A DNA stretch of 64,000 nt from Podarcis pityusensis (taxonomy: Eukaryota): assembly GCA_964106645.2 (NCBI GenBank), contig OZ067042.1; one strand, 5' to 3'. Below the pieces are notes generated by a model, which was not told the DNA's origin, ran no database searches, and saw only the letters and a list, made by a program, of their open reading frames with translations. Shown piece after piece: positions 11,350-23,577 of the stretch. How positions within the stretch are numbered: the first letter of the stretch is position 1; each line of letters begins with the position of its first letter. Both the position numbers and the translations under genes were made by a program.

Positions 11350-14213
11350 CACTAGAGGTATACTGGATTACTTCTAAGTGGACTTTCAGCACTTACTTAA
11401 TGAACAGCATCCTTCATATGTGGAGCATAAACCATAAATCACTGTGGTGTAACAAGCAGAAATCTCCAGGCAGACTAAGACAAAACATGTAAAGAAAAAT
11501 AGCCATATTTATGTTGCACAAGAAGCAAACAGAGTGTGTGCTGCATGGGAAAAGGTGACAGCATCAAAAGTATGTTGGATGCTGCTAAATGCGTCATGCA
11601 GAGAGAAAACAATAAGTACCTGGAAATGTCCTCAAAAGGTGTAAAGCTGAGGATATTTCTCTATTTTCTGCCAGATGTTTTGCAACTCATGAGCTGACCA
11701 CTTTGGAGAATATGGACAAAAATAAACTTCCTCGCCTTGCAAACAAGGGCTTGTTAAACAGGGCAGAGGTTCTTATACAAGAAAGGCACAGATTTTGATC
11801 ATACATTGGTAAGAGAATCAAAGGTGGCTTGTTAAATGTGTATTTTGTAAGACCACCTAAAGTTAAGTATGAAATTAATGACAATTGTGTTGTTGTTTGA
11901 ACAGAATCTTACATTGAAGGGAAGATAATTCTCATATAAATCCCTGCCTAAAATAATGGGATGTGTTATGATTAGAAACCAATTTCAAATTCTCTGTGTA
12001 TCCGTAAATCATTTGCTGATCCAGTGTAGCATGGCATTATTTAGAGGACATGTTTTCGTTGTATGTCCATAATACAATATGAGAGTGACAACTTGATTTG
12101 CACTTTCCTGTTCATGCAGACAAAAGTGATTTGTTCTCCTTGTTGTGGGGAAATAAAAAACACCAAACAAAATAAACAGACAACACAAACAACCAATTTG
12201 TGAATATGAGCAGCACAGTGGACCTTATTAATCCAATATTGATAATTGTTCTGGAAATAGCTGCTGAGTAGCCTGGGAACAATAAAGCTGAGGAAATAAG
12301 AAATGTAAACAAACACGGGGGGTTATTTGGGGAGGGGAGAGGTTGAAGCTGTTTTTAAAAGCACAACAAATGCTAAAGGTCTCATCTGTATATCCCAAAT
12401 AACACAACAATTTAAAATTTGGTATATACAGTCCTACAATAGACTTGTTAGGCAAAACAAACAAAAATATCACCACTCTGTTGTAGGCTGCCATACATGG
12501 CTGGTGGGCTATATCTGGCTTGATGGGTCCAAAATCCTGGCCTCTGCCTTGATGTTTTTGGACTGTCTAATAATAAAAAGTGGCCTGGTTCCATTTCCTG
12601 GGAAAGGCAAATGATAGAATTTATTTTCTCTTTCCCAGCACCAACAAAAGTAGGATGTATTTACCCAAAGTGCGGTGGGTTTTGGTCTGGTATTAGAATT
12701 TTCAAAATATAATTTGAATTATAGGCACCACAACATTATGCTCATATCGTACCTTTTGGGAATTTCCTTGCTGATATTTGGAATTCTACTTTCTAAAGAC
12801 TAATATACCTGTTATACATTTTCTTACAATGGTCATTTTAAAATATTGCTTCTGAGATTAAACAACAAATCTAGAGATGAATTCCAAGGTCATTGTTCCA
12901 TATAACACACACATGGTTTCATGCTGCTGAAGAAATTGCTTTAGCACAACTAGTATTTTTCTCAGCTGTGACCTACGTAAAAATTGCTCTCTTGTTTTCC
13001 TCAAATGGATCCCTGCTATATTGCTGGAAATTCACATACCAATAGGACATCAGCAGCATAAAATCAACATCTTTGATATTGACTAGAAGCCAGTAAATTT
13101 AATAGATAATAAAAATATGTTTCTTCCTTAATATCCTCTGGACAAAGTTTAAGTGCATCTTGTTATAACTTATACCAGAAAGAAATGTTTTAAGGTGTAA
13201 TCAACTCATCTTAAAGGAAAATCATTGTTGCCTGTCTGTCCAAAATTAATGTGTGCTTCATTGCTTGACAAGCTCTGACGTGTGTGTGTCTACTGAAGTA
13301 AATGATCAAATCGTAAGAATGCACAAATTCCGAGAAAATACATTAGCTCTGGTGGAAAATTGTACCCTGTCAGGCTTCAGTATAGACAATTTGTTTAACA
13401 GTTTTTAAAACCAAAATGTTTATTTTTTATTTTATTTTTTTGTAATTGGACCTGCCAAGCAGCATTGACTCGAAATAAAAACTAGCCAAACACTGAATTT
13501 ATCTCACAGCTGTTCAAATCTGTCAGTTTTGATTTCCTTTGCAGCTGAAACTTACTGTCAAAGTTGGTGAGATGAAAGTTTGCCTGTAAGTGTTCTGAAA
13601 TAAATTTTCTAACATTCCCTATCGTTTTTAAAATATCAAATTTGACACTCATTTATTTTGCTGTATAGTAAGATAGACACATATTCTTCTAGGCCTCTGC
13701 TTTTCATATCATTACAAGTGACTTTTTTTTTTTAGCCTGCCAAATAGAAATCTCCCAGTTGATAAACGTTGATGGCGGCCTGTGTGAACTGCATTTTGCT
13801 GATGAACATTTAAATGGATTACAAGTGCACTCAGATTTTGGAGTCAATACAACAACAACAGAATGTGTTTCCTGTCATGTAGGAGACCTGACATCCTTGA
13901 CTGACTTTCTCAGTCTTGCCTAGAATATTCCTAACAGGTATTAGCCATAGATCTGCAGTATAAAGGATGAGATGTAAATTTTGTCTACTGACACAGCATT
14001 AGTGTGCTGAATCATCACCAATTTCTCTTGCTATCTATCACTCTGAACTTAAAACTTGTTCACAAAACCAGTCAGGGAGAAGTTAATTTAAATTGGTCTA
14101 TAGACTACCTGGAAAACAATTAATCTCCTTTGCATAAATATCAGGGATGAGTGGTGGCTATCCTGGACCTTTCTAGCTTTTCATTCCCTTAGGAATCTAT
14201 TAGAAGAACAATA

Positions 14214-14583
14214 GGGATGTGTGTGGTGCTGTGGTATAAACCGCTAAGCCTCTTGGGCTTGCTGATCAGAAGGTTCGTGGTTCGAATCCCTGCGATGGAG
14301 TGAGCTCCGATTGCTTTTCCCCAGCTTCTACTAACCTAGCAGTTTGAAAGCACGCCAGTGCAAGTAGATAAATAGGTACTGCTGCGGCATGAAGGTAAAT
14401 GGCGTTTCTGTGTGCTGCTCTGGTTTCACCAGAAACGGCTTAGTCATGCTGGCCACATGACTCGGAAAGCTGTCTGCGGGCAAATGCTGGCTCCCTCAGC
14501 CTGAAAGCGAGATGAGCACCACAAACCCAGTCGCCTTTGACTGGACTTAACCATCCAGGGGTCCTTTACCTTTTTACCTTACC
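14214..14583 (+). mobile_element. Sauria SINE, full length
   Basis: B box ggttcgaatccc and tttacc tail. 13-bp TSD tagaagaacaata at 14201-14213 and 14584-14596. Confidence 0.95.
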
Positions 14584-14868
14584 TAGAAGAACAATACTGG
14601 ATCCAATCAATTGCTATGACAATGCTTGTGAATTTTTAAAATCAACCTCTCATACTTCTGTTTTACGTAAATTGATATTAGTCAAAAAATGTCTGGCAGA
14701 TTTCTTTTACAGTACCTTGCACAGGACATTACTATCCAAATTTCTTCATGTTGGGTCAGTCAGCCAAACCACAAATAAAGTTTCCACTTATACTTTCACT
14801 TATTAAAGTGGAGCATGTGAGGAAAGGGCAGAGGCAGAGCATGCAAGCAAAGGCTCATACATGTAACA

Positions 14869-15006
14869 CAGGAGTGGCAAATCTGTGGCCCTACAGATGT
14901 TGTTGGACACAAAATCCTACCATCCCTGACCATTGGACATACTGACTGGGACTCATGGGAGCTGGAGTCCAATGGCATCTGAAGAATGACATGTTAGCTG
15001 CCCCTG
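14869..15006. mobile_element. Old palindromic hAT MITE
   Basis: Ends caggagtggcaaa / ttagctgcccctg, TSD atgtaaca/ttgtaata (6/8). Related to the 11221 family. Confidence 0.7.
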
Positions 15007-15909
15007 TTGTAATACCATGCTTTCGCATTACATACATGTGAACTGGCCCATTGATACTTTATACTGGAATAGTCTAGCCTCTAAGCTTTTTAAAAAATTG
15101 TGGTGTTAGGAATTAATGCAACCTAATAACACCTGTTTTAACCAGTAATGTGTGCAACACTTTCTATCAATGCGCATTTTGCATTGTGAAGAATGTTTAT
15201 AAATTTACGGCTTACTTTCTTGGAGTACCTCTGATCTAGGGCCTGAATCTGGCCCGCCAGGCCTCTCAAGCTGGCCTTCAACCCCCCCCACCCCGACCAC
15301 TACCTCACTGGCTGTTCTTCACACCCCGTGTTTTGCCTAGTTATAATGTATCTTTTAATTTTTATCATTATTATATTCTTTATCTGCCCACCATCCTAAA
15401 ATCCCAGGGCACATTACAGCATTTAAACTATTGCTATTATTATTATTATTATTTATTATTATTAAAAAAAAAAATTCTAACAATGCCTCTTCTTTGTTTG
15501 GAAGGAGGATAGAGAGATGTGTGTGTAGAAACTAGATTTTGCAGAAAGGAAGATGAACTTCTGATATAACCCAGCAGTAACTGACATGCTTCACAATTAA
15601 TGTTAGAAGCGCCCTCAGTAAATTCTACTCAACCAGTTCTTAGAGATCTTTCCTCTTGGAGAAGGCATCAGAAAACCTTCTGTACCTCAGTCTTATGTGT
15701 TGTCATTCCCTCCCAACTATTGCTAGTTCCACCCACCATTCTGCTTCTGCTATCCTAATTACCCTGTGATAATGATCTTGATTCTCTGTAAGATGAGACT
15801 ATTAGTCTTGATCTCCAGTGGGTGTTAGACACAAGACCCGTTAGTTGCCACAGACACCCATCATGTGGGTTGTTTATACTGACCTGCTGTGGAAAACTGT
15901 TTATACTTC

Positions 15910-15913
<4 letters not shown>

Positions 15914-15969
<56 letters not shown>
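15914..15969. repeat. Compound (AC)n(AG)n microsatellite
   Basis: Read directly from the sequence. Confidence 0.95.
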
Positions 15970-16562
15970 GTGATGCCACATAATTGTGAATTAGATTATA
16001 AGTACCTTAGCAATGAGTGCATTTATGCATAAAAATTAAAATGTTTCTCAGAGCTGTGAAAAATTATTCTTCATCGCTTCTGCGTAATGTTCCCAAGGTG
16101 AAGTGGCAGGTGTTTGAGTTATTAAAGCTATCCCCCAAAGCATGATTAATGTAAAAATTGGAAGGGTTCCTCACCTCTCTTGGATATGTGTAAATGTGCT
16201 GAAGAACTTACATAATTGTTTATGAGAAAATTAACTCTGTTTAAGCTAACACAGCAGCCTTATAGGGCTTTTTCTGCAGTGACTGTAGAGAAGACGGCTT
16301 TATGTAGAAAAGAGATAGCAACATGCTATATCAGTCATTAGTATCTAGCACTTTAGAGATTAAACATGTATAAATATCTCAAACACGGAATCATTTGCTA
16401 ATCTGGTTGTTGGTAGGCAACTCACTGTTACCTATTGGAAGGGTATTATTTTAGATTATTTGCTGTGATTGTGAAAGCTATTTATAGCTCCTTAATCTGA
16501 CAATTAGAACAAAATAGTGTGATTATCTACTCATATGTAAGTTCCATCAAGTTCAGTTAGGC

Positions 16563-16746
16563 CAGTGGTAGTCAACCTGGTCCCTACCACCCACTAGTGG
16601 GCGCTTCAGGATTCCAGGTGGGCGGTAGGGGGTTCTACGGCACAAGTTGAATCCTCCTTCCATCAAGTGAGTGAGCGGTAAGGAAATTTTACCATCAAGA
16701 AAGATGCATTAGTGGGCGGTAGGTATAAAAAGGTTGATTACCCCTG
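16563..16746. mobile_element. hAT-type MITE
   Basis: 16-bp TIR cagtggtagtcaacct / aggttgattacccctg, TSD agttaggc/aattagac (6/8), internal gtgggcggtagg repeats. Confidence 0.8.
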
Positions 16747-18919
16747 AATTAGACCTACTGCTAGGAAAGTGTGCGCACAATTGCGGCCTTAGACCATTAT
16801 TGTAACAGATAAAAGCAATTGATCTCCTGTAAAATTTGCACTTGTGGGTTAATACAGATGTTTGTGGGTTAACACTGGTGATGATGAGGATTTTCAGATT
16901 AATACCATAATTTCCGAGTTGTATACAGTAAGGTTAAAAAGATACAATAAAATAAAAATAAGATCAGTTGAACTGATCATAAAATCTGAAAATTTACTCA
17001 AAATGGCTGCTGACATAAAAAGATTGTTGCCAGGGTTTAGAAATTCAACAAGGGGGGGGCGTGTCTACTCTCAGCTAGGGCTGTCCTGGCTCCTGTCCAG
17101 ACCACAAAGGCAGAGGCTCTTATGTGACGGTAAGGAAGAAATATTTATGGCAGCAGAGAAGGAATTCAGGCTCAGCAATGTGTAATGAGTCCCAGTAGCT
17201 GTTATGCACAGGCTACATGACAGCAAAGGTTTATGGAGTCTAGGGTCAGGGACAGGAGGTCAGAACTGCACAGAAGCAGCAGAGTCATCTTAATGGGGTG
17301 GCACTCCCACCTGCCAAGTTTTTACCTAGCAAAGTCATCAATCATTCTGATTTAATGCCATGCAACACCCATCATTTGGGGTCATAGATTATTACAAGTG
17401 TGGGGTGTGTATAATGCTAAATTTAGAAGTTTAGCATAATAACTTCTAACCTCCAAATTGATCTGCACCTGGAAAGACAAGCCCGCACTTAAATCAGTAA
17501 TGGTCCTGTTTGAAAAGCATTTGCCCTTTCATCACTACCAATACAGACGTTCTGATAGCATTAAATAAATAATAGGTGGCATCATATTGATTTCAATAGA
17601 ATCAGTATTCAGTAGCATGAGTCACTGGGAAAATTTCACTTCCGACTTCATGTAATAGCTCTAAATTTCACCCACGTTAACTTAAGTTGCAAGTGAATTG
17701 TCTCTTTGAAAGTATCCAAAATGGTTTGGATGATGCTTTCAATTGGACCATTTGTGTTAGCAAGATAAAGCTCAGAATTTATTTAAAGACAGGAAGAAAA
17801 TGAAGGAAGGTGAAGAAACCCTATGCTCACATGAATTTGCACCAAATCATAGTGCTGTAATCAGAGAGGTTGATTTATCTGATGTGTGGCATTCAGGAAA
17901 AAAAGCCCATGGAAGTCGCTAGATTGTTTGAATGTAAAATAATCAGATCACTTTTAGGGCACAATGGAGATGCACAGGTAAAGTTACTAAAGCTTTTCCT
18001 TCTTTGGTAACAACATTATAAGGTAAATATTCATACAATTATTGTTCATCTACTGTGTTACCTTAACATTATCTAACCTGTGCAGTGACATATTTGCATT
18101 ATAGAAGCTGATATAAAATGAACATTTGTTGGAAATAATCCAGAAAGGTATTTTGAAGATTTCTGATGAGAGCCTTTTCCACCTGAAAACGGCATCTTTC
18201 TGCAGCCATAATAAATGCAACAAACTTTTTGATCAAACTGGAACCATCAGGTCCTGCTTTGTGTTCAGCCCAACACACTCCTGCCCCATCTTAAAAACAA
18301 AAGTTTCATCTTCAGTCACCTGCTGCTAAGCTGCTTTCATTTCCCATGAGAGGTTGAAGTGCCTCTGAGAGAGAACTATCAGATAATGCTACTTCCCTAC
18401 TGAATCAGCTGGTGAGCCAACAAGCAAGGTTCAAACCAGCTCTCATGGGCCCTGTAGCAACATGCTTTTAGTATCTGCCAGCCACAGTGAAAGACCCCAA
18501 AGGATTGTTCTAATTGAAAAACTGAATGGAAGTGTTCTGATGCATGGAAAAAAATAATTTGGAAGCTATCAAATTGGTGTTGGAATCACTCAGATTAAGT
18601 TAAGAACCAGGATACAAAACAGAGTAAAACTTGCTAAAACCCATATCAATCAGTGGACTTAAGTGTGTTGGACTTTGCTCTTGCTAGGTTGAGGGTAAGC
18701 TAATGAACCTGGTGGTTGATTCACATAAAGGATCAGGAAGATCCACAAACAACTCAGAAGCCAGAGACTGACTCATTCTGATTAGTTCTGGCCTACTGGT
18801 GCAAAAAAAGCTTCCTTGCTAGTGTGGGTGGCCTTTCCCTAGGGTGACCACTTACAAATTACCCCTCACCCCATCTACTACATATTTTGGAAAGTGGTTT
18901 ATCTATTGGTCCATCTGTT

Positions 18920-19330
18920 CTCAATAGTTTTGGACACTTCTTGAGACAACATTGTCAAACTTGGCATGAGAGTTCACGAGGTAGGGGTGGTAGCCTTCAT
19001 CAATGATGGGGTGCTAGGCGCCATTTGGAATCAAGACTTGAATGTGACTTTCGTGTGACTTTGCCCAATTTTGGGCATGATGGACTCAAACTACGCTGAT
19101 CAGGACATGTCTGAAGTTACTGTCACCCAGTTTGGCACGACTTTGCCAAATTTAGCATGATTGATCCAACATGTGCCGATTTGGATGGCTCTGAAGATAT
19201 TGTGGCCAAATTTGGTGTGCTTTTGTGTAATTTGGCATGATGGGTTCCAAACTACAACCATTTTAAAGTCCCTAACCATATTGTCACCTAAAGTCCCTAA
19301 CCATATTGTCACCTAGTTTGGGGGTACCAT
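18920..19330. repeat. Degenerate CCAAATTTGGC-motif array including a perfect 25-bp tandem duplication (19264-19313)
   Basis: At least eight motif variants. Unit taaagtccctaaccatattgtcacc occurs twice. Confidence 0.55.
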
Positions 19331-19581
19331 CATCCAATGTAGTATGAGGGTTCAAAATTGCACCTGATTAGATACCTTTCAAAATATTGTTGCCCAACAA
19401 GGTTTTCTGAGGTAGAGATGGCTTTTACTATGTTTGGATGACATTGAATGCACTGAACCATGTGTCAATGTATGGATGTGCACGACTCCCAAACTCACAA
19501 ATTACACTGTGTATTTAAAAATGGCCATATTATTTGGTTTCTTAGAATTCCTGGGCAACACCAGGCACTTTCTGTTATATC

Positions 19582-19715
19582 CAGTGTCTTTTCTTGGGGT
19601 ATGCATACCCCTAAACATTTTGTGAATCTAAGTTTGGCATTATTGAGGGGCAGTATTTCAATATGAATAGGAAAATGAGAGTACCCCTAATTTTTTTTTT
19701 AGAAAAAAAGCACTG
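19582..19715. mobile_element. hAT-type MITE
   Basis: Ends cagtgtcttttct / agaaaaaaagcactg, perfect 8-bp TSD gttatatc at 19574-19581 and 19716-19723. A similar right end lies at ~44500-44518. Confidence 0.85.
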
Positions 19716-20133
19716 GTTATATCCTATAGTATATTTGTGTAATATATTTATAGCTATATTACAGGTGCAGAATTAGAAATAGTTACTATAATTTAAGTAG
19801 AAATACAATGCTTTTCCCTGTAATAACAAAGACAGCAACTAGGTGACCTATGTGATTGCTCAGTCTGCTGACCAGGTGCTAACTGTTGATAGGCCATTTC
19901 AAGGTCCCTGCTGCCTTCCTGGCTTATGGTTCTTCTCTCTTCTGCCAAGCATTTTGTGATGGTTGAGGATGTTGTTTCAGTCTCTTGATTTGTGATTTGT
20001 TGTTTTACTGATGGTTGGATCCAAATTATTTTATTGATTAATTTGTATTTTAATCTTGTTTGTACTATTTCGGAAGCCATCAACTGAAAGGTGGCATAGA
20101 AATAAGTTTTAACCTATCCCTACCCCACCCTGA

Positions 20134-20487
20134 GGGATGTGGGTGGCGCTGTGGGTTAAACCACAGGGCCTAGGACTTGCTGATCAGAAGGTCGGCGGTT
20201 CGAATCCCCGCAACGGGGTGAGCTCCCGTTACTCGGTCCTGCTCCTGCCAACCTAGCAGTTCAAAAGCACGTCTAAGTGCAAGTAGATAAATAAGTACCG
20301 CTCCAGCGGGAAGGTAAACGGTGTTTCTGTGCGCTGCTCTGGTTCTCCAGAAGTGGCTTAGTCATGCTGGCCACATGACCCGGAAGCTGTACGCCGGCTC
20401 CCTCGGCCAGTAAAGCGAGATGAGCGCCGCAACCCCAGAGTCGTCCGCAACTGGACCTAATGGTCAGGGGTCCCTTTACCTTTACCT
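20134..20487 (+). mobile_element. Sauria SINE, full length
   Basis: gggatgtgggtggcgctgtgg head, B box, tttacc tail. 13-bp TSD taccccaccctga at 20121-20133 and 20488-20500. Confidence 0.95.
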
Positions 20488-20500
20488 TACCCCACCCTGA

Positions 20501-20713
20501 AGCATACCAGCGTGAGTAGATAGATAGGTACCACTGCAGCGGGAAGGTAAATTGTGTTTCAGTGCGCCAGAAGCAGTTTAGTCATGCCAGCCACATGACC
20601 CTGAAACATGTCTGTGGACAAATACCGGCTTCCTCAGCCTGAAAGTGGAGATGAGTGCCACACCCCATAGTCACCTTTGACTGGACCTAACCACCCAGGG
20701 GTCCTTTACCTTT
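20501..20713 (+). mobile_element. 5'-truncated Sauria SINE with its tail split by Bov-B
   Basis: agtagatagataggtacc...tagtcatgccagccacatgacc...ggggtcctttacc. The tail resumes at 21228. Confidence 0.9.
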
Positions 20714-21227
20714 TGTTGTTGTTGTTTAGTCGTTTAGCCATGTCCAACTCTTCATGACCCCATGGACCAGAGCACGCCAGGCACTCCTATCTTCCACAGC
20801 TTTCCGCAGCTTGGTCAAACTCATGTTCGTAGCTTTGAGAACACTGTCCAACCATCTCGTCCTCTGTCGTCCCCTTCTCCTTGTGCCCTCCATCTTTCCC
20901 AACATCAGGGTCTTTTCCAGGGAGTCTCTTCTCATGAGGTGGCCAAAGTATTGGAGCCTCAGCTTCAGGATCTGTCCTTCCAGTGAGCACTCAGGGCTGA
21001 TTTCCTTAAGAATAGATAGGTTTGATCTTCTTGCAGTCCATGGGACTCTCAAGAGTCTCCTCCAGCAGCATAATTCAAAAGTAACAATTCTTCGGCAATC
21101 AGCCTTCTTTATGGTCCAGCTCTCACTTCCATACATCACTACTAGGAAAACCATAGCTTTAACTATACTGACCTTTGTCGGCAAGGTGATATTTTTTAAG
21201 ATGCTGTCTAGGTTTGTCATTGCTCCG
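20714..21227 (-). mobile_element. Bov-B (RTE clade) LINE 3' end
   Basis: ORF 20726-21220 (ITLPTKV..VVMYGSESWTIKK..RRLLRVPWTARRSN..LKLRLQYFGHLMRR..RRRGRQRTRWLD) is the Bov-B RT C-terminus. (CAA)n tail, 8-bp TSD ttaccttt. Confidence 0.95.
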
Positions 21228-21514
21228 TTACCTTTACCTACCCTCTTTTAACCAGAACTAGGTGCAAGAGCACAGGCTAAAACCCCCTGTGATGTACCTC
21301 AGGTCACCTGCTCAAGGCAAATTGCAGGCTTGAGTCTTGTTTTGGATTTGGGTCAAAATAAGCCATATATATGACTCCCCCCTTCCCCCATGTAGAACTC
21401 ACGCTATCAAAATTATATTTGATCTGAAAATGTCAACATAAATGTCAATCTGTGAGCTGGTTCATTATTATCAAGTGCAAAATTTTGAATTAAAACAAGG
21501 TGGGCTAACAATGA

Positions 21515-21666
21515 CAGCCTTTTAGAAGACATCTGAAGGCAGCCCTGTTTAGGGAAGCTTTTAATGTTTGATGCATTACAGTATTTTAATATTTTGTTGG
21601 AAGCCGCCCAGAGTGGCTGGGGAAGCCAGATGGGTGGGGTATGTATGTATGAATGAATGAATGAAT
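21515..21666 (+). mobile_element. L2 LINE 3' end with (GAAT)n tail
   Basis: agaagacatctgaaggcagccctg...gaagccgcccagagtggctgggga..ccagatggg matches the 3' end of the L2 at 39084-39240. Confidence 0.8.
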
Positions 21667-23239
21667 ATGTTTGGATGGGAAGGGATGTTTTCCTGACTTT
21701 TTTTAAACTTCTGAAAAGCAAGGTTTGTCTCTTTCCCTCTGTATTTGAGCTAGTAAAGCAGATTGAACCTAATCATACCCTAACTTTTACTGCCGCATGT
21801 GTGGCTAGTCCTTCTGGAGTTAATGTATTTACTTTTCAAAGCAAAACACAAAGATTGCATGAAAGAATCTGCCATAAAATCACTTAAGCCTAGCAGAGTT
21901 GATGTCACTTTTGGACCAGAATGAGAATAACTCACAAACAGGTTTCAAGTTATCTCTGCAGTTGCCTGTGGCCAAGCAGCAGGTTTTCCCCTCTCCTGAT
22001 ATTATATTCATCTAACTAGAATATAAGATATATAAACACAATCACAGTGAAGAACACCACATCACATATTGCTACATGCTATTTGTGAGAGGTACAACAT
22101 TCCAGGGGTTCAAAATGCACTAACCAAAGGTCCGTGTTTCCTTTAGGCTATCACCTCGTGGAGGCTAGTCCTGGCTTAATTAGCTTTTGACACATGCTGG
22201 TTCCAGAGAATTGGAAGCAGCTAATGCACAGCTGGAATACACATAGATTTAGCACAGTTTTAACACTGAACTCAGTAATTTAAGGGAGTCTAGCACCCAC
22301 ATACTCATAACAGTATAAATCAAAGCTGATGTGTTTGAATATCCTAAAGATGGAAGAGCCACCCAAGGTGTTTTTTTTAGCAGTGAATGCTATCATTATT
22401 ACAGCAACAACAAAAGTTTAGCTGTCAAAGTTGTGACTGTATTTGTTTGAAGAATGTGTGTGTGGTCCCAGTTTCCCAGGTCTTGGTAAACTCATTAGGC
22501 AGAATTTCATTACAACCATCATTCTTTTTGTTTATCTAGTCCACCGATAGTCAGGCGCTTAGGTTTTTAAAAAAATCTCTTATCTTTGCAACTCTCCTTT
22601 GAGATGCGACAATATACATCTTTGCAGATGGCATTATGATACTTTGAGATAATGGCTGAAATCAAATATTATCCATACAGTTTTTTATATATAGATTATA
22701 CAATACTGTTTGTGCTTCGCTATGGGTACAGTCACCTATGCTTCCAAAAGTCCTGCCATATCCCAAACTCAGAAGTTTTGAAGGAAAAATAGATTTGTTT
22801 ATATATGTAGCATGCCTTTAACCCATCTAGTCTGGTGGTTGAACTTAATTTGCCACTTGCCCTGGGCTAACCATGGAACCTCTGACAATAGTTGGGATTT
22901 GAACCCCATGTTTTATCTTTCCTTCACCCCTGCTATTACCTACACTAAAATTCTGCCTATGATCCCAAGGACAGAAGTAAATGAATGAGGGCAGGCAGTG
23001 CTAAATGAGAGTGAATGCATACTTGCAGAGTTGCCTGTCAATCTATATGCCATGTAGGGTTTTTTTGCCTCTATTATGGCAGCCTCATTGTGAGACTGAG
23101 TGAAAGCTCCAACCTTTTTCATACAAGCTACCAGCAGAATCTATTGTTAATAGTGTTGTAGGTAACTAGGAAGTATTGGGAATGTCAAGAACAAGTCATC
23201 AGGTGGTAACCTCAAATGCATGTCAATAATGGCCAGTGA

Positions 23240-23577
23240 TAAGCAAACTTAAAAAGAAAAATAGCTTCCAGATACTTAATGGGTTTAGGATTGTATTTAT
23301 GTTAACTGATAAAATAATATGTTTAATACAAGAAGGAGAATATTTAAAGATGTTAATGCTTAATTTAAAGGGTATCAAAATTGGGATTTGGAAAACCGTT
23401 ATAAGGATATGCAATGAAATTCAACTTAAGGGGAAACGAGGAAGTCGTTTTACAAAGTAAATAACTGTTATTTTCAATAAGGTTATGATTTATGTTTGTT
23501 ATGTTTTGTTTGTTTTGTGTTTTTGTTTGTCGTCAATATTGTAAAAACTAATAAAATTTTTGCGGGGAAAAAAAAAA
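23240..23577 (+). mobile_element. L1-clade LINE 3' UTR
   Basis: gaggaagtc motif shared with the L1 3' UTR near 43110, T/G-rich tract, AATAAA and A-tail. Confidence 0.6.

Noticed and set aside
20134-20210. tRNA-like A/B boxes (also at 2630-2699, 14214, 28864, 34281 and 51199)
   Set aside because: These are SINE heads continuous with SINE bodies and tails, not tRNA genes.
20754-21251. 165-aa + strand ORF
   Set aside because: Antisense shadow of the Bov-B RT frame.
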